The position numbers and the translations under genes are program-made. From Utricularia gibba (lineage: Eukaryota; Plantae; Magnoliophyta), in NCBI GenBank assembly GCA_002189035.1, contig NEEC01000009.1, positions 1,116,001 to 1,180,000 of the forward strand: 64,000 bases of DNA, in the 5' to 3' direction. Shown here one piece after another: positions 1 to 13,313 of this stretch. Numbering within the stretch: the first letter of the stretch is position 1; every line of letters starts with the position of its first letter. The notes below the pieces were generated by a model. The model made no database searches. It was not told where the DNA came from and saw nothing but the letters and a program-made list of their open reading frames with translations.

Positions 1-1808
1 TGCAAGCTTTCTTGGAGCGTGCCATCTGCCCAAGAGAATAAGGTTAAACATCAGTGCCTCAGTACTCCATATAATCTTTAGATCAGCAGGATTTGGAATG
101 TACGGAACATGAGGAGGAGGAAGACGATGGCTTGACCTGAAACAGTTCGCGAACCATCCTAGCTCCCTCCCCAACATATTTCTGCACAAGTTCACTTCCA
201 ATGACACGAATGAAGCACGCATCCGTACGGTTGGCCACAGCTCTGGCCAACAGGGTTTTACCAGTACCAGGAGGACCATAGCAGAGGACGCCCTTTGGAG
301 GATCAATGCCCAGCTTCACAAACTTTTCAGGATGAAGCATGGGCAACTCAACCACCTGCATTGTTGAAATTGAGATAACTATTCATGAATCAACAGAAAA
401 GTCATTGCAAAAAATTTATATGAAAACTATCATACCTCTCGCATCTTTTCAATCTGCTCCTTACAGCCACCCACATCGTTATAAGTTACATCAGGCTTTT
501 CCTCTACTGTCATCATTGTAACACTTGGATCAATTTTCGGAGGCAAAGGAATCTGAATCTGGTATTTATTTCGGTCAACACTGGAAAAAAGAAAGAGACA
601 GCAGTAATGTTAAACACCATTTAGGATGCACAAAGAAGCTAGCTTTTGAAAATCAGTGTCGAACAACAAATTTTATTATCCATGGAGTAAAACAAGACAG
701 GAAAATCCCCAGCTTACCCAACTCTCATGCCTTCTTCAATATCAGTGGGAGAAACCCGATCTCCTAATCCAACAACAAACTGCAACAATGTTGCAAATAA
801 ATATATCAAATCACTAAGTGAGAATGAACGTTCTGGAACCATGCTGGTGTTAAGTGAGCAAAATAGAGAGGAAATTGTCTCAAGATCGACAAGATCGAAA
901 TACAAAAGGTAACAAAAAACACACCTTGGCAATTTGCTTAACATTAATAAGATACTTAGCATCATCAGTGTTTGGGTTAATTATCTTCGTGCACCTAGCA
1001 ACCTACAAGGAGAAAAACACCATTAACAAGTATAAAAATTGGTAGCTGTAGATTGCTCTTATTAGGGAAAGACTAACCTGAAGAGGCTGTTCTTCCTGCA
1101 TCATTTGCTTATCGGATACAAGATCCCACTGGCTGGGTGCAGCTAAACCAGTGTCAGATTCCTTAATACCTATAAAAGCAGATGACAAACAATTATCTCA
1201 ACTACAAGAGGAAAGAATCAGTTGCAATGCAGACCTGCGCGCAAAGCCCGTTCAACAAAACACATAAAAATGCCCCCTCATGGAATGATAAGCAATTAAG
1301 TGCACTAAAAATAATCAAGTCGTGCATCAAACAAAGAAGACTGGAGCCAGCATACTAACCACATAAATCATTGACCTTTTTCGCCATCTCCTTGATTTCC
1401 TTTTCCACTTTCTTTATGCTTGCGGAATAAGGCCCAAACCCTGAACAATCCATGAGAAAAAAATTAAATCTTCAAACTATGGTTTCGAAACTAAAAACCT
1501 AAGACGAAGACTGTCATGTCACTAGAAAAAAAATTTCATTTTCCCCAAGCCCCAAATGATGAACGCCTAATCAATCTACTCATCATCATACAATGAGGAT
1601 GAAGCTCAACACACCCAAAATCAAAAAGAATATGAGAATCCCGTGAAAGCGGGCGAAGTTCCAACTTCCCCCTCCTCCCAAAACCAGAATTTTAAACAAA
1701 ATAAACACAGAAGAATAATACATAAGTCTTAAGCAGAGCAATATCGTCTTCATCAAGCGGCCTCGGATTCTTCTCGTCCTTAATGTTATCCTCCGGCTCC
1801 GGTGCCAT
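1..1808 (-). CDS. RPT1: 26S proteasome AAA-ATPase regulatory subunit 7 (RPT1), multi-exon, runs off the left edge
   Basis: ATG at 1808. Exon 1 (1808-1722) [29 protein letters not shown]; exon 2 (1440-1360) [27 protein letters not shown]. Later exons: [51 protein letters not shown], and Walker [14 protein letters not shown]. All GT-AG introns checked. Confidence 0.97.
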
Positions 1809-2623
1809 CTTCTCAATCTGGAGAACTCAAATCCACAATTCAATGTAGCTCCCCAAGATCCTTCCTTGAACAACAAGGTAAAAAAAAAAAAGGAACGCGT
1901 GCAATGACGACGACGCCGGTCCACTGGATTTATGAGCTGCCGTATTTGGGCCGAGCCATCGACCCACCCACAAGAGGCCCAAACCCGAACACGTGGACCG
2001 TTTTAAAACACGTGCTTTGTTTGTAATTAATTTCCCTATTGAGAAAAATAAATATATAAATTACGCGTTAAATCATTTGAAGTGTTACAATATTTTCGAC
2101 AATTTTATTTTTCACATTTACTTATTATTCTTTTTACAAATTAAATAAATAAAAATGATATTTAGATATCTACATATACATAACTCTGAGGCACCAAAAT
2201 TCGATGGGCGAACCCAAACCCAACCAAAACAAAAACAAAAAAAAAAAAAGAAAAACAGGAATTTCAGTAGAAGGGATATTGAAAGCTGCTGTGCTTCCTC
2301 ATTTGGAGGCACAATGAGGCCGAAGGAAGAAGAAACAATATTTGGCAGCATCTGCACCTGGGATCACAACAACCAAAGGCTTCAAAGCTTGGCTCAAAGC
2401 AACCAGAAGGGGTTATTGAGTGCCATATAGCAGGGTGTTTTTTTCTGCTGTATAGGTATCGCAGCAACTGTGTTATTCAGAGGGTTGATGGCTTCATTGT
2501 AATGTTCAGAGATCTCACCTTGTGGAGGAGTGCATCTGCACAGCACTAGTGGCTGAAGATAAGAAAGCAGACTGCAACTTGCACGCATCATGTACATGGG
2601 AGGAGCTGGTAAAATGGATGGTG

Positions 2624-5600
2624 TTATCTGAAGACCAAGCTGCCATTCTGCTGGAGTCTCAGGTTTTCGATAAGGGACTGGTACACTGATTTCAGGCTTT
2701 TAGGATCATTTCCCTGGAGATGAAAGACAGAGGAGCGTGTTAGATAGCAGCACACTGGCTCAGTGAAGCAAATGGAAAATAGGCACCTGAAGCTTTTGGC
2801 AATATTCCTCTGAAAAATCGCGTGGGCAGTGAACATTGGCCAGACCCTTTGATACAAAATGCAGGAGGAAAGCATTGCTTAGTCTTTCATACATGACCAT
2901 TTGGGCTGTCAGTATCTCACCAAACAAGGACAGCTGCAAAAGAGAATTACAGAAAGAAGTCATCATGTGAATTTGGAGCATGAAGAACAACCCTGCATTT
3001 GAATTCGGCCTTTAACCGAAGTGGAAATCATAGAACTGATGTAAGAATGTTAATGTGGTTCAAACAAGTTTGGGTTTATGCATGTGACATGAAGGACCAT
3101 TGAAGATGATAAACTGGCATATGACTTACGGTATTCGCATCCTGAAAGTCAAAAGACTTGTCGAGCACACTGTATAGGCAACAGTTCAGAGCGAATGCCT
3201 CAAGGACGAAGTTCTGAAAACCAGGTACCTGTAAAGTATTCCACATTAGGCATCAGAAGACAAGTTTTCCGCCATAAACATAACCACCAGAAATGGTACC
3301 TTTTCCTTGCCAGAATGATCAATACACCAGTCCTTGATGAGCTGAATAAATATTTGAACACAAGCCTAATTATGAGGAAATACCACCCTTAGTTAAGAAT
3401 GCACAGGTCCATCGTAACTGAATATAAAATGAAAAGCTTGAGCATCACCTTTCTGACAGGGATATCTTTATGATTGCAACAACTGTATAATACAAGCTGC
3501 ATCATTGATTCCAACAGTTGGCTGCTCTTAGAGGTAATGAAAACCGAAGATAGATTGCGGGTTGCAATTACATGAAGAAAAGTAATGAATAATTTTTGAA
3601 GCTCTTGTAGTTCACGAATTTCCTGAAAAAAAAAGAAACAATCGGGATAAAATTGACGATGTGTTTCTCCATATGCATTATTACTACATCGCAGGTACGT
3701 TATTATTTCCAAAAGCTCCAAATGAAGATAAACTGAAACCAACATTTAACCAAATTACGGAATCAGCATCAAGTTACCTCCGGGCAGCTGCTAGATCCCA
3801 CTTGGTTATCAATCTTCTGGAGAGCATTCAGCACCTTACTAGCAATTACAGGATAAACCTCTTCCAACATACCATGTACGGTAGCGCCAAATTTGCAAAT
3901 GAGCTGGTTCAGTAGAACCAGAAAACCCACCAGGTCTTTAGGCTGCACAACGGCAATAACACATACATCAAAAGATCAATGCAACACAAAGAGGGAGTAG
4001 TGAACAGCACATATTCCGACATCAAGAAAGAAGTACTGGTAGAGCTTTGCACGGAAATTTCAGTTGGTATTGATGTCAAATAAAAGATCTCACTACACAA
4101 ATGCTACTTATACCTCACTCACAGTCACTAATTGCTCCAGTGCCCTTGGAAGATGTGACAAAACAGAAACTCCTAAAATTTCCACCATTCGATGAATAAA
4201 AGATGTAACCTAACAATAGCATGGGTCAGCAAAAAGAAATCACAACTTGTTACATAAGTAGAACATAGTTTTTTACCTTAGACCTCAGAAGTTCAACTTT
4301 TGGAAAGACAACAAGCACATCCAAGACAATTTCTAGCACCTATAGCAAAGCATCCAGCATTAGCAGAAAACAGATGTCACAAGTACCATCATGCATAGCT
4401 ACATCAACTAAGAAGCAATATCCCATTCTACATGAACTTGAAAGCAAATGTCACCTGCTTGAACAAGAGACTGATTGTTGGGCGAGCAATTACCAGTTTT
4501 GGGCTGAACCCCTGCATTGCGAATGATCCACATAAGCTATGATCATGAAATAAAGAAGAGGGAAAATCATAAATCAACAGCAGCAATTTCAGGACTTTGA
4601 CAGTGAATAAGACCTTGCTTAGTGCAATGATGGCCACAATGATTTGGTGAACATTTCTGATATCAGGTGATAATTCTTCATGATTCTGGGATTTTGCACT
4701 TACGAGTATTTTCTCCACCTGGAAAACAGAAAAAAAGCATTCAAATTACCTCTGTACTGTATGCAAACTACAGAAAGCAGCACAAGGAAATTAAAAGTGA
4801 ACATCATGCACTGAAACCTAACCTGTAGACCAAGTGGCGTTAGCAGAGAAGAAAGATAATTTGACTGTTTCTCAGGGGCTAATTCCTCCATTCCAATCAA
4901 CAAACCAATAGCCTGTAGAAGCAAAATGAAAAATCATGCATGAGCTTCAAGTTGCGAACAACCAATCAGCAACAACAATAATTTACCTCAAAAATATGGC
5001 TTCCATCTTCCGATCCCGGAAGCTCCTTTCCTATGGTACTACTCATCTTTGTAAACTGTGTAATCATATCCTGCAGACTCTGAAACCCATCAAAATAAAG
5101 GATCAAAAGAAAAGGCTAATTTACATATCCGACCATAAAGGGCTGACTATGGGAAACCTTCACCTGCAATATTGCCTCGGTGTAAGGCACAAGCTTTGGT
5201 CTGAGTATTTTCACAGCCCTCATAAAAAGATAGCCAGCCCTTCTGCTTACAACAGAGTTTGGATGGCATATACCTCTCTCATCCAGAAAGGCATGCAAAG
5301 CAATAGGAATATATTGAGTATTCTCCAAAATGAGTTTTAAATATCTAGTTACAGTATCCAAATACATGAGTGCAACGATTCTACTGAAGTGACAGGGAAA
5401 TCTAGTAGATAACAGGATTTGAAGCATTTCTTGCAAGATAGAGTTTTCGTTTCTCATTGCCTCATCACTTAATGATTCCCCAAGCTCATAAACTAACGAA
5501 AGTGCAGCTTCAACCTCTTCAACACTGCTTTCCTCTGAGGAAGAGATAGCCCTTACCAAGGAGTTCCTGATAAACATATGTGTCAGGTCAGGGGCAACAC

Positions 5601-6887
5601 GAGCAACATTACGGAGCAGCACAAAAAAATCCTTCCGAAACTCCACCATTCTCTCTTCCTCATCCCTCCCAATCTTGTCCAAGAGGTCCAAATTATTGCG
5701 GTATGTGGGATCATATTGAATCTTTGCACGAATCACTTCTAGTATCTTTCCAATATGAAGTGTCTGTACCTCTTTCAATAAGTGAAGTCCTTTCATTGTG
5801 CCAACATAGTCTGACAGAAATTTAACAATGCTGAAGGCAGAATCAACCTCATAGTTTTGAATTATATGAAAAACTGAAGGCAGAACCTCATTAAGGAGTT
5901 CAAAAGAAAGCTCCTTATCAGCTTCTATGCTCAAACACTGAGAGCATTCAAGGAGTTCAGTAGCATAGCCAGTCAGCAAAGATGCGACACTGGAAAATAA
6001 CACGGTGTCATTGTCCTCCTCAACCAATCCAAAAACCCTTCTCAACTGAAGACTATGGAGGAGAGAAAGTTTATTTTTTGAATCCATTCCTTTCAAAACA
6101 ACTGCAAGGAAAACATCAGCAGTGGCAGCACGGAGTTGATCTGGGGAGCCTTCAGTTAGTACTAATTCAAACAACAGCCTAGTGAAAGCATCATTAATAA
6201 TAAACCCAATGTCTATCCATGCAATGTAACCCTTCATGCAATTTAAAACACAACAGCACAACTCAGGATCCACATTCTTATAAAGTGTGACAATGTTGTA
6301 CCAGGCACTAGCAATCTGTCCCACACACTGAGCCCTCATCGCATCTTTTATATTGCCTGCAATAGCAATCTCATCCTTCTTCCGTGGATATTCAAGACTT
6401 ATCAATTCTTCATCCAATGAACTTAGAATTCTACAAAACATATCTATCACATTGGCCCCTTTACCCAAATTTGCAATGAAATCCACGAAAAAAGATGGCC
6501 AGACGGATGGATACTCAAAGTAAATTAAGGTCACAAAAACCTGAGCAAGTTTATTCTTTATAAAAGGGGTGCATCCAGTATCCTCACCGCATTATCATCA
6601 CTAGCATTGGCTGTCTCATAGCACGCCATTGAAAACAAAGATTTTCTAATGAATGACTTCTCCTCTGGTGCAATTGATGAATACTTGACACGAAGAACAT
6701 CATGAAGGCTCTGAAGACACCAGAACTGAACCTGAACTAGCTTACAAAAGAGTAGCTTATCAATGCAGATGCGGCAGATCAGTGGGCTCTCTTTAATTTG
6801 CTGAATGTACGCAACAGCCTGTGCTTTGAAAGCGGGAGTACCAGATGCATCAAAACTTATCAAAACAGCCTTTTCGAGATCATCCAT
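2624..6887 (-). CDS. PSD: Exportin-T (PAUSED, nuclear tRNA export), multi-exon; apparent 1-nt frameshift at 6562-6569
   Basis: N-terminus MDDLEKAVLISFD...VQFWCLQSL. A large exon continues KNKLAQVFVTLIYFEYPSVW...EEERMVEFRKDFFVLLR...VSRRAGYLFMR. C-terminus YQSLIENLRLQQNGSLVFR*. The two N-terminal ORFs join if one base is added in the CCCC/TTTT run. Confidence 0.93.
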
Positions 6888-8245
6888 AACACGCCCAACA
6901 AGCCCTTCCTAGCAGGAACTAATTCCGAGCACCCACTGTACACCGCCAAAAAAAAAAAACTCGGAAACCACTGAAAAAGAAAGCACCTTCAGCCTTAAAA
7001 CTGATTATATTTAAACTTGACAGGGCTACCACAGGCTCTGAAAACTCATTTACTTGTCAAAGACAGTTTCTTGGAATCGAATCCTTCCAAACTTTTTACA
7101 ATTGAGGAATTTCTGCGTCAAGCGTGTCAACCAAGAACCGCCAAGGCCTCAGAGAACCCACATACAGATGTTTCTTTTTCATTTTGTTCCCCTACTGATA
7201 TTTTTGACTTATTGCCTTAAAATGGGCCGGCTCACCAACAGCCCAATATCATCAAAGCCCATCCCGCCTCACAATCTAAGAGCCCAATCCAATCAAATCA
7301 ACTGCTTACGACGGTTACCTCAGCCTAATATTGGGTAGCAGTAACTGTCCTAATCCAAACACAACTTATCCCATATCCGATTTGTGGGTCCCATTACGAC
7401 CAATTCTACAAATAAAATAAAATCACTTTTATACTTTTATCAATAGAAGCAATTTTATATTATAAAATTGTTTTTTAGATAAGATAGAATTATATTGTAA
7501 AGTTTTATAAATTAAAGTATATATTTTAAATTTTAATATATTAAATTATTAATAATATAATTTTCTAATCATTGAAATACGATTGAAAATTAGATGATTT
7601 TTTAAGTTATTCTAAAATATAAATTTTTAATTTGAAACCAAAAAAGATTAAAATATAAAAAAATAAAATAAAATAATTTCAACAAATTTGAATCACGCAT
7701 GTGTTATGAATTTGTTGAAGTGATTCTGTTTAATTTTTAAAGATTCTAATATTTAACCGTTTTGTAGTAAAATTAAAAAAATCAAATTATATAATTAACT
7801 TTAAAAAATTATTAAATTTTTTAAATGTTTATTTTAAAGATTAAATAAGAGATTAATTAGAATGTGCAGCACAACTTTAAATCACAGAACAGACCCGACA
7901 AGCTCTTGATTCATCCAAATTGGATCAACCTAATTTGAATCTTGTGGAATTGAATCCGACCCACCGCGGACCCGACCCGGATTGGATTGAATCCCATGAA
8001 AAGTCAAAAGTCAAATCCTGAGGTAACAAATGGTGGGGATCGTTCCACGTCAATGTGGGGCCCATAGCGTGACGGAATACTGACCGCTAAAAGATTCACA
8101 TGTTGTCCGTTTCCGATGCTGACGCCATGGTTATCCGAGATGACGCTTAATCATCATTACCGACAGAGCTATGCAAATCCGATGACCGATACACGTCTCC
8201 AAGTGGAAGTGGAAGCCAAAAACGTCCCCTACAGAGATCGCCGGG

Positions 8246-8440
8246 ATGCTAGAGCTGCTGCTTGTGGTTGCCTTCTCTGCAGCTCCCTTGACGCTATACA
8301 TCCCTCCGATACGGTGTCTCACTCTCTTCCTCGAGGCGATGGAGATCGCGCAGAAGAGAAGCATAGATCACGCAGCAAGGATCCAGTCTCGGCTCAGGGA
8401 CGCCTGCACGAGAACCTTCAACAATATTATTCTTGAGTAG
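8246..8440 (+). CDS. 64-aa conserved plant small hydrophobic protein, unknown function
   Basis: Single-exon ORF MLELLLVVAFSAAPLTLYIPPIRCLTLFLEAME... It resembles a small uncharacterised plant family I recall (FSAAPLTLYxPPIRxL motif). It lies between a promoter-like region and a U-rich 3'UTR-like region. Confidence 0.75.
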   Translation: MLELLLVVAFSAAPLTLYIPPIRCLTLFLEAMEIAQKRSIDHAARIQSRLRDACTRTFNNIILE

Positions 8441-9438
8441 AGATGGAGAACAAGAGTGCATCATTTCTCCATCTGGGCTTGCTTCGTTTCTTGCCTTGTT
8501 CCAACCTGAATCAATCAAGTATATATGTTCAGTTGTGAGGATGAGTTTCTGGGGTGCGAGTTGTTTGTATGCACTTATATGTGTTCATCTGAATCTGTTG
8601 TTTCCAGCGATCCTGCAAGTCGATCAGTGTGAATCAGAGAAGAGTTGGTGAGCCTATGGGCAGATTCTGTATCCAAGCTTGACTTTCAAGAACAGCATCA
8701 GTGGAAGTAAAAGAAACGAAGCAAATCACAGGGATCATTCCAGTACGCAAGAAGATCATCCAGACACGCAAACAGTCGCAGAACTCCAGAAACACCAATA
8801 CAGAATTCATCATTTGGATGGAAGCAAGCAAAATTTTCCAGACACGCAGAAGCTGAACCGCGATCGCCACAAACCCATCGTCAAACCAAAAAAACAAACA
8901 AAAAAAACAAGGATCTCCGAAACCCATTCCAAACGCCCAACTCCAACATCATCCAAAAAAAAAACAAGGATCTTCGAATGGGCGTTTCGAAACCCATTCG
9001 AAACGCCCATCCGCATTATTAAATGGAATTCAACCCAATCAACGAATCGTTCTTCTCCCCGATGGCCACTCAGATCTTGATCAATCATAGACAATTCTGG
9101 CAGCGGCGAAGAGGAGGGAAGGCAGGATTCAACTTCCGTCAACGGTTAGTCCGAAGTTTTCACCCCGCCCATTCACTGTAGGCATCAGTCAATTTTAATA
9201 ATAAAATTGGAATTATTTATCAGCTTGAGGGTATTATAGTAATTACTGCTTTTCATGCATCGGACACATGACCCAATTCTCAAATATAGTTAAACCCGTG
9301 CAATCTGATTAGATTCAAATCCGCCTTCATCCTCGTCACATATTCTTCCATACGTGCAATTTCACAACCAGTCGGAGTTTGTTTGTTTTTTTTTTTTTCC
9401 GGTAGGGGTTTGTGCGGCGGACTTCGGAATCTCTACAA

Positions 9439-10830
9439 ATGGATACCGGTTACAATCCTCGTACTGTTGAAGAAGTGTTCAAGGATTTCAAGGGTCGAAG
9501 AGCTGGCCTCATTAAGGCTCTCACTACAGGTTTTTTTCCGAATCTCAGGTCTTCTGCTTTTTCTTTTTTGCGGTATTTGTTTTCGAGTGATTTTTTAATC
9601 TTGTATTTTTGCAACTGGAAGCTGCTTCCTAAACGATAATGTTGGGAGTTCTGTTTCGCAGATGTCGAGGAGTTCTTCCAGCAGTGTGATCCTGGTACGT
9701 GTAGCTCTTTAAATTTTGTGCTATTAGGGTTAGGTTAGATTTTGAGTGTCACAAAATCGAACGTTTGGGAATATCAACTGTTCTATCACTTGGGCAATTC
9801 GGAAATGGCGTCCACAGTAATTCATAACAATTTATGCTTCCACGAGGTTAACCACAGATTGAGTCAGAAACGTGATTCTAGTCTGGCATTTAAGTTCTTC
9901 GCTAATGATTCCATCTGCTTTAGAGAAACACTTGCAGCTAATTTACTTCTGGATGTATATAACCTAGGATGTGATTGACACATCTAATTCAGTACTTGCA
10001 CGTTCATTTTATAGAGAAGGAGAATCTGTGTTTGTATGGTTTCCCTAGTGAGCAGTGGGAGGTCAATTTACCTGCTGAAGAAGTGCCTCCTGAGCTCCCT
10101 GAGCCGGCTCTCGGTATCAACTTTGCAAGAGATGGAATGCAAGAGAAGGATTGGCTCTCTCTAGTTGCTGTCCACAGTGATGCTTGGCTTGTAGCAGTTG
10201 CGTTTTATTTTGGTTCCAGATTTGGCTTCCAGAAAGCAGACAGGTACCAATTGCCATGTTTCGTCAAGCATTTCCTCTGTGCATTCTCTCTGTTGTGATG
10301 AAGTTTTGACACCAGCCCCTGGCATTTAGTAGTAACCCTCCTCCCATGTCTTGCTGCAGGAAAAGACTTTTCAACATGATAAATGAGCTGCCCACCATCT
10401 TCGAAGTCGTCACCGGTGCTGCCAAGAAACAACAGAAGGATAAATATTCAGTCTCAAATCACAGCAGCAACAAGTCAACATCCAACTCCAAATCAGTAAC
10501 CCAACCACACCCTCATTCTTCTCCCCATCCTCAACCATCCTTCCTTTCCTCTAACAATGCTGCATCCAAACACCAGGCAAAACCCCAAAGACGCAATCAA
10601 AGGACTACGAGGAAGAAGAGGGCTTGGACGAGGATGACGAAGAGGAGCACGGAGAGACTCTCTGTGGCGCCTGCGGCGAGAACTACGCATCAGATGAGTT
10701 CTGGATATGCTGCGACGTATGCGAGAAGTGGTTCCATGGCAAGTGCGTGAAGATCACTCCTGCCAGAGCTGAGCACATCAAGCAATACAAATGCCCTTCG
10801 TGCAGCAGCAACAAGCGAGCTCGGCCCTAG
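9439..10830 (+). CDS. AL: Alfin-like PHD-finger protein (H3K4me3 reader), 5 exons; apparent 1-nt frameshift at 10579-10582
   Basis: [30 protein letters not shown] / [11 protein letters not shown] / [56 protein letters not shown] (Alfin/DUF3594 domain). PHD finger: [48 protein letters not shown]. Confidence 0.96.
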
Positions 10831-11749
10831 CCCTCTGCATCCAGTCGAATCAGACCCCCCTCGTTGTTCTGTTGATCATCACCGTGACCTTGTGGACGAT
10901 TGTTTTGCTGGTGGTGGGGGGAACGGTTCTTTTTCCATGGTAGGTCTATTCTCATCACTTCTAAATGCTTCCCCAATGGATCCAATTCCAGTGTGATGCC
11001 CACGGCTTTGGTAATTAGTTATAATAATTAAATAATTAAATTCCATTTGGAATGAATTTGATTTTTTGAAAAAAAAAGGACTTATGATTAAATATAAGTA
11101 ATTTTTTAAAGAACAATTAAATTTTAAAATGTTTTTTTATGTTTAAATTGTATTTCTTCGTTTATGGTATTTTCGAAAATTGAGTCATTAAGTTTTTTTT
11201 TAATTTTTTGTTATGTTTGTATTAATTTTTGAAAATCGTAATATTAAAATAAATATTTTAAATTATATTTTAAACTATTTTTTAAAGTAAATCGGATTTT
11301 CTTATTTCCATTTAAAAAAAATAAAAAATAAGTTTACTACTTTTCAAAATATTTATTTCATTTCCAAAAATTCTACAACAACATTTTCAGAAATAAGTAA
11401 ATATGCTCTTAAAAAGAGTATTTAACATTGACAATATTATAAGAAAATGTTTTATATTAAAAATTATATTTATTTGCTTTCTGAATATATTTTAGGAAAT
11501 GAAATATTGTAATATCTTTTGTGATATTTTCCCACATCGACAATTTGAATTTTACCTAAAAAGGGAAAAAAGGTGTTGTTACATTATTATTTTGTAGAAA
11601 TATAGGGGCGAGAGTGCAAATAGTGTATTTACGGGGGGTGATGTGCAGGTTCACTCTGCGGGCGCTGCGTTTTTTTGATTCTTTGGAGAACAAGAAAACC
11701 GTAACCTAACGCCTTCCCTTTCTCCAATTTCGCGTCTGCGCGTTTCTCC

Positions 11750-12324
11750 ATGGCGTATCATCCTCGCGGTCCGATCACACCGCCACCTCTGAAGAAAGCT
11801 CTCAAAATCGTCGCCTTTACAATCCCTATCAAGATCTAAACATTCCTACCAGGGCTGTGTACAATCTGCCGACCTCACCGGAGTTTCTATTTCCTGAGGA
11901 GTCCAAGCGGCAGCGCCGATCTTGGGGTGAGAATTTGACCTACTATACAGGGGTAGGTTATCTTGGGGGCGCGACGACGGGAGCGGTGGTGGGATTCTTA
12001 GGAGGTGTGAAGTCGATTGAGCCGACGGACACTCTCAAGCTGAAAGTAAATCGTATTCTGAATGGATCGGGTTTGTCCGGAAGGCAGTTTGGAAATCGAT
12101 GTGGCGTCATTGGGCTAATGTACGCCGGTCTGGAGAGCGCTATGGTGGCGTATAGGGATACTGACGATGTTATCAACAGTTTGGTGGCTGGATTGGGTAC
12201 AGGAGCTCTGTACAAAGCAGCCTCCGGACCGAGATCCGCCGCAGTAGCTGGGGCTATCGGTGGGGTGCTTGTGGGAGTTGCTGAAGTCGGAAGGCAAGCT
12301 GCGAAGCGATACGTGCACTTCTGA
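11750..12324 (+). CDS. TIM23: Mitochondrial inner membrane translocase TIM23, single exon; apparent 1-nt frameshift at 11768-11769
   Basis: With one base restored: [51 protein letters not shown]...[13 protein letters not shown]...[16 protein letters not shown]. This is the Tim17/22/23 domain with the plant TIM23 N-terminus. Confidence 0.93.
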
Positions 12325-13313
12325 CCAATAGGGTTCGCCATGGTGGTATAATTTGTTATTGGTATCTCTCAGGGTGCAATTTTGATCAGTGTTCTCCTGC
12401 AGTTGTCACTTCTTCTTTTCAATCTTGTAGTAATTGAGCATGAATGGTTCATGCTTTGTTGTATGCCAGCACATGAAATAGCTTTGCTCCCATGTTTCTT
12501 GGTCTAACACATGGATTCTAGAATAAGATTCATTCAGAAACTCTTACCTCTGCTCCTCACTTCTGTTTTTTTTTTTTTTTTCTATTCCTCTGTCTAGACT
12601 TACAGCTTGAGGCTTTTATCCGCTGTATACCTATGTTTTGGTCAAGTTTTCATTTTCAGGTCATATACTTTGGTTTGCGGTTGCAAACCTATGCTAGTAT
12701 TACTCTTTTCTTCTTTCCTGAGAAGAAATGATGGTGTATTTTAGTCGCTTAGAAAGCAGTATCCAGTGATATGCTAGATTATACACAACATAAGCCGCCA
12801 ATTGCTTGAACACATACAAGGATCTTTAACCTTTGGTCCTGTGGGCAGTTGCCACCTACTTGTGCATCTTCTTGGGGTTCATTTCCAAGAGTTTGTGCTC
12901 TCTCTGCTCGTCAGTGTTGAATATAGAATCTTTTTATTTGAAGTTTGGCCAGAAGAGAACAATCTGTTGGGAACCGGGATTCTGTCCATGAACTTTTCCC
13001 CATGGAGCAGTTGGACCAGGATTGGTATCATTAGCAGAGTTACTCTACTCTGCAGCTAGAACCAGCAAGCTTTTATGACCACAGAGGAAGTGGGATCAGG
13101 TGCAAGATTGAAAAGGCATTTCTTCTAAGGATCAGCTACAGGGCCTTATCTTCCTCGTCACCAGCATCACTACTTTATGTGGTTCCATCAATCTTCATCC
13201 TGTTCATGATCTAACCCTATCAACTTTGTCGTGTGGAGTTCTCATCGTCGTACAACATGCGAAATCAGTCCATGGAAAGAACAATGCAACCTTTATTTTT
13301 GAAAAAAAAACGT

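Noticed and set aside
12894-12960. GTGCTCTCTCTGCTCGTCA, similar to a miR156/157 star strand or target site
   Set aside because: Only an 11-nt exact match with a disrupted 3' part, and the neighbouring sequence does not form a credible precursor hairpin.
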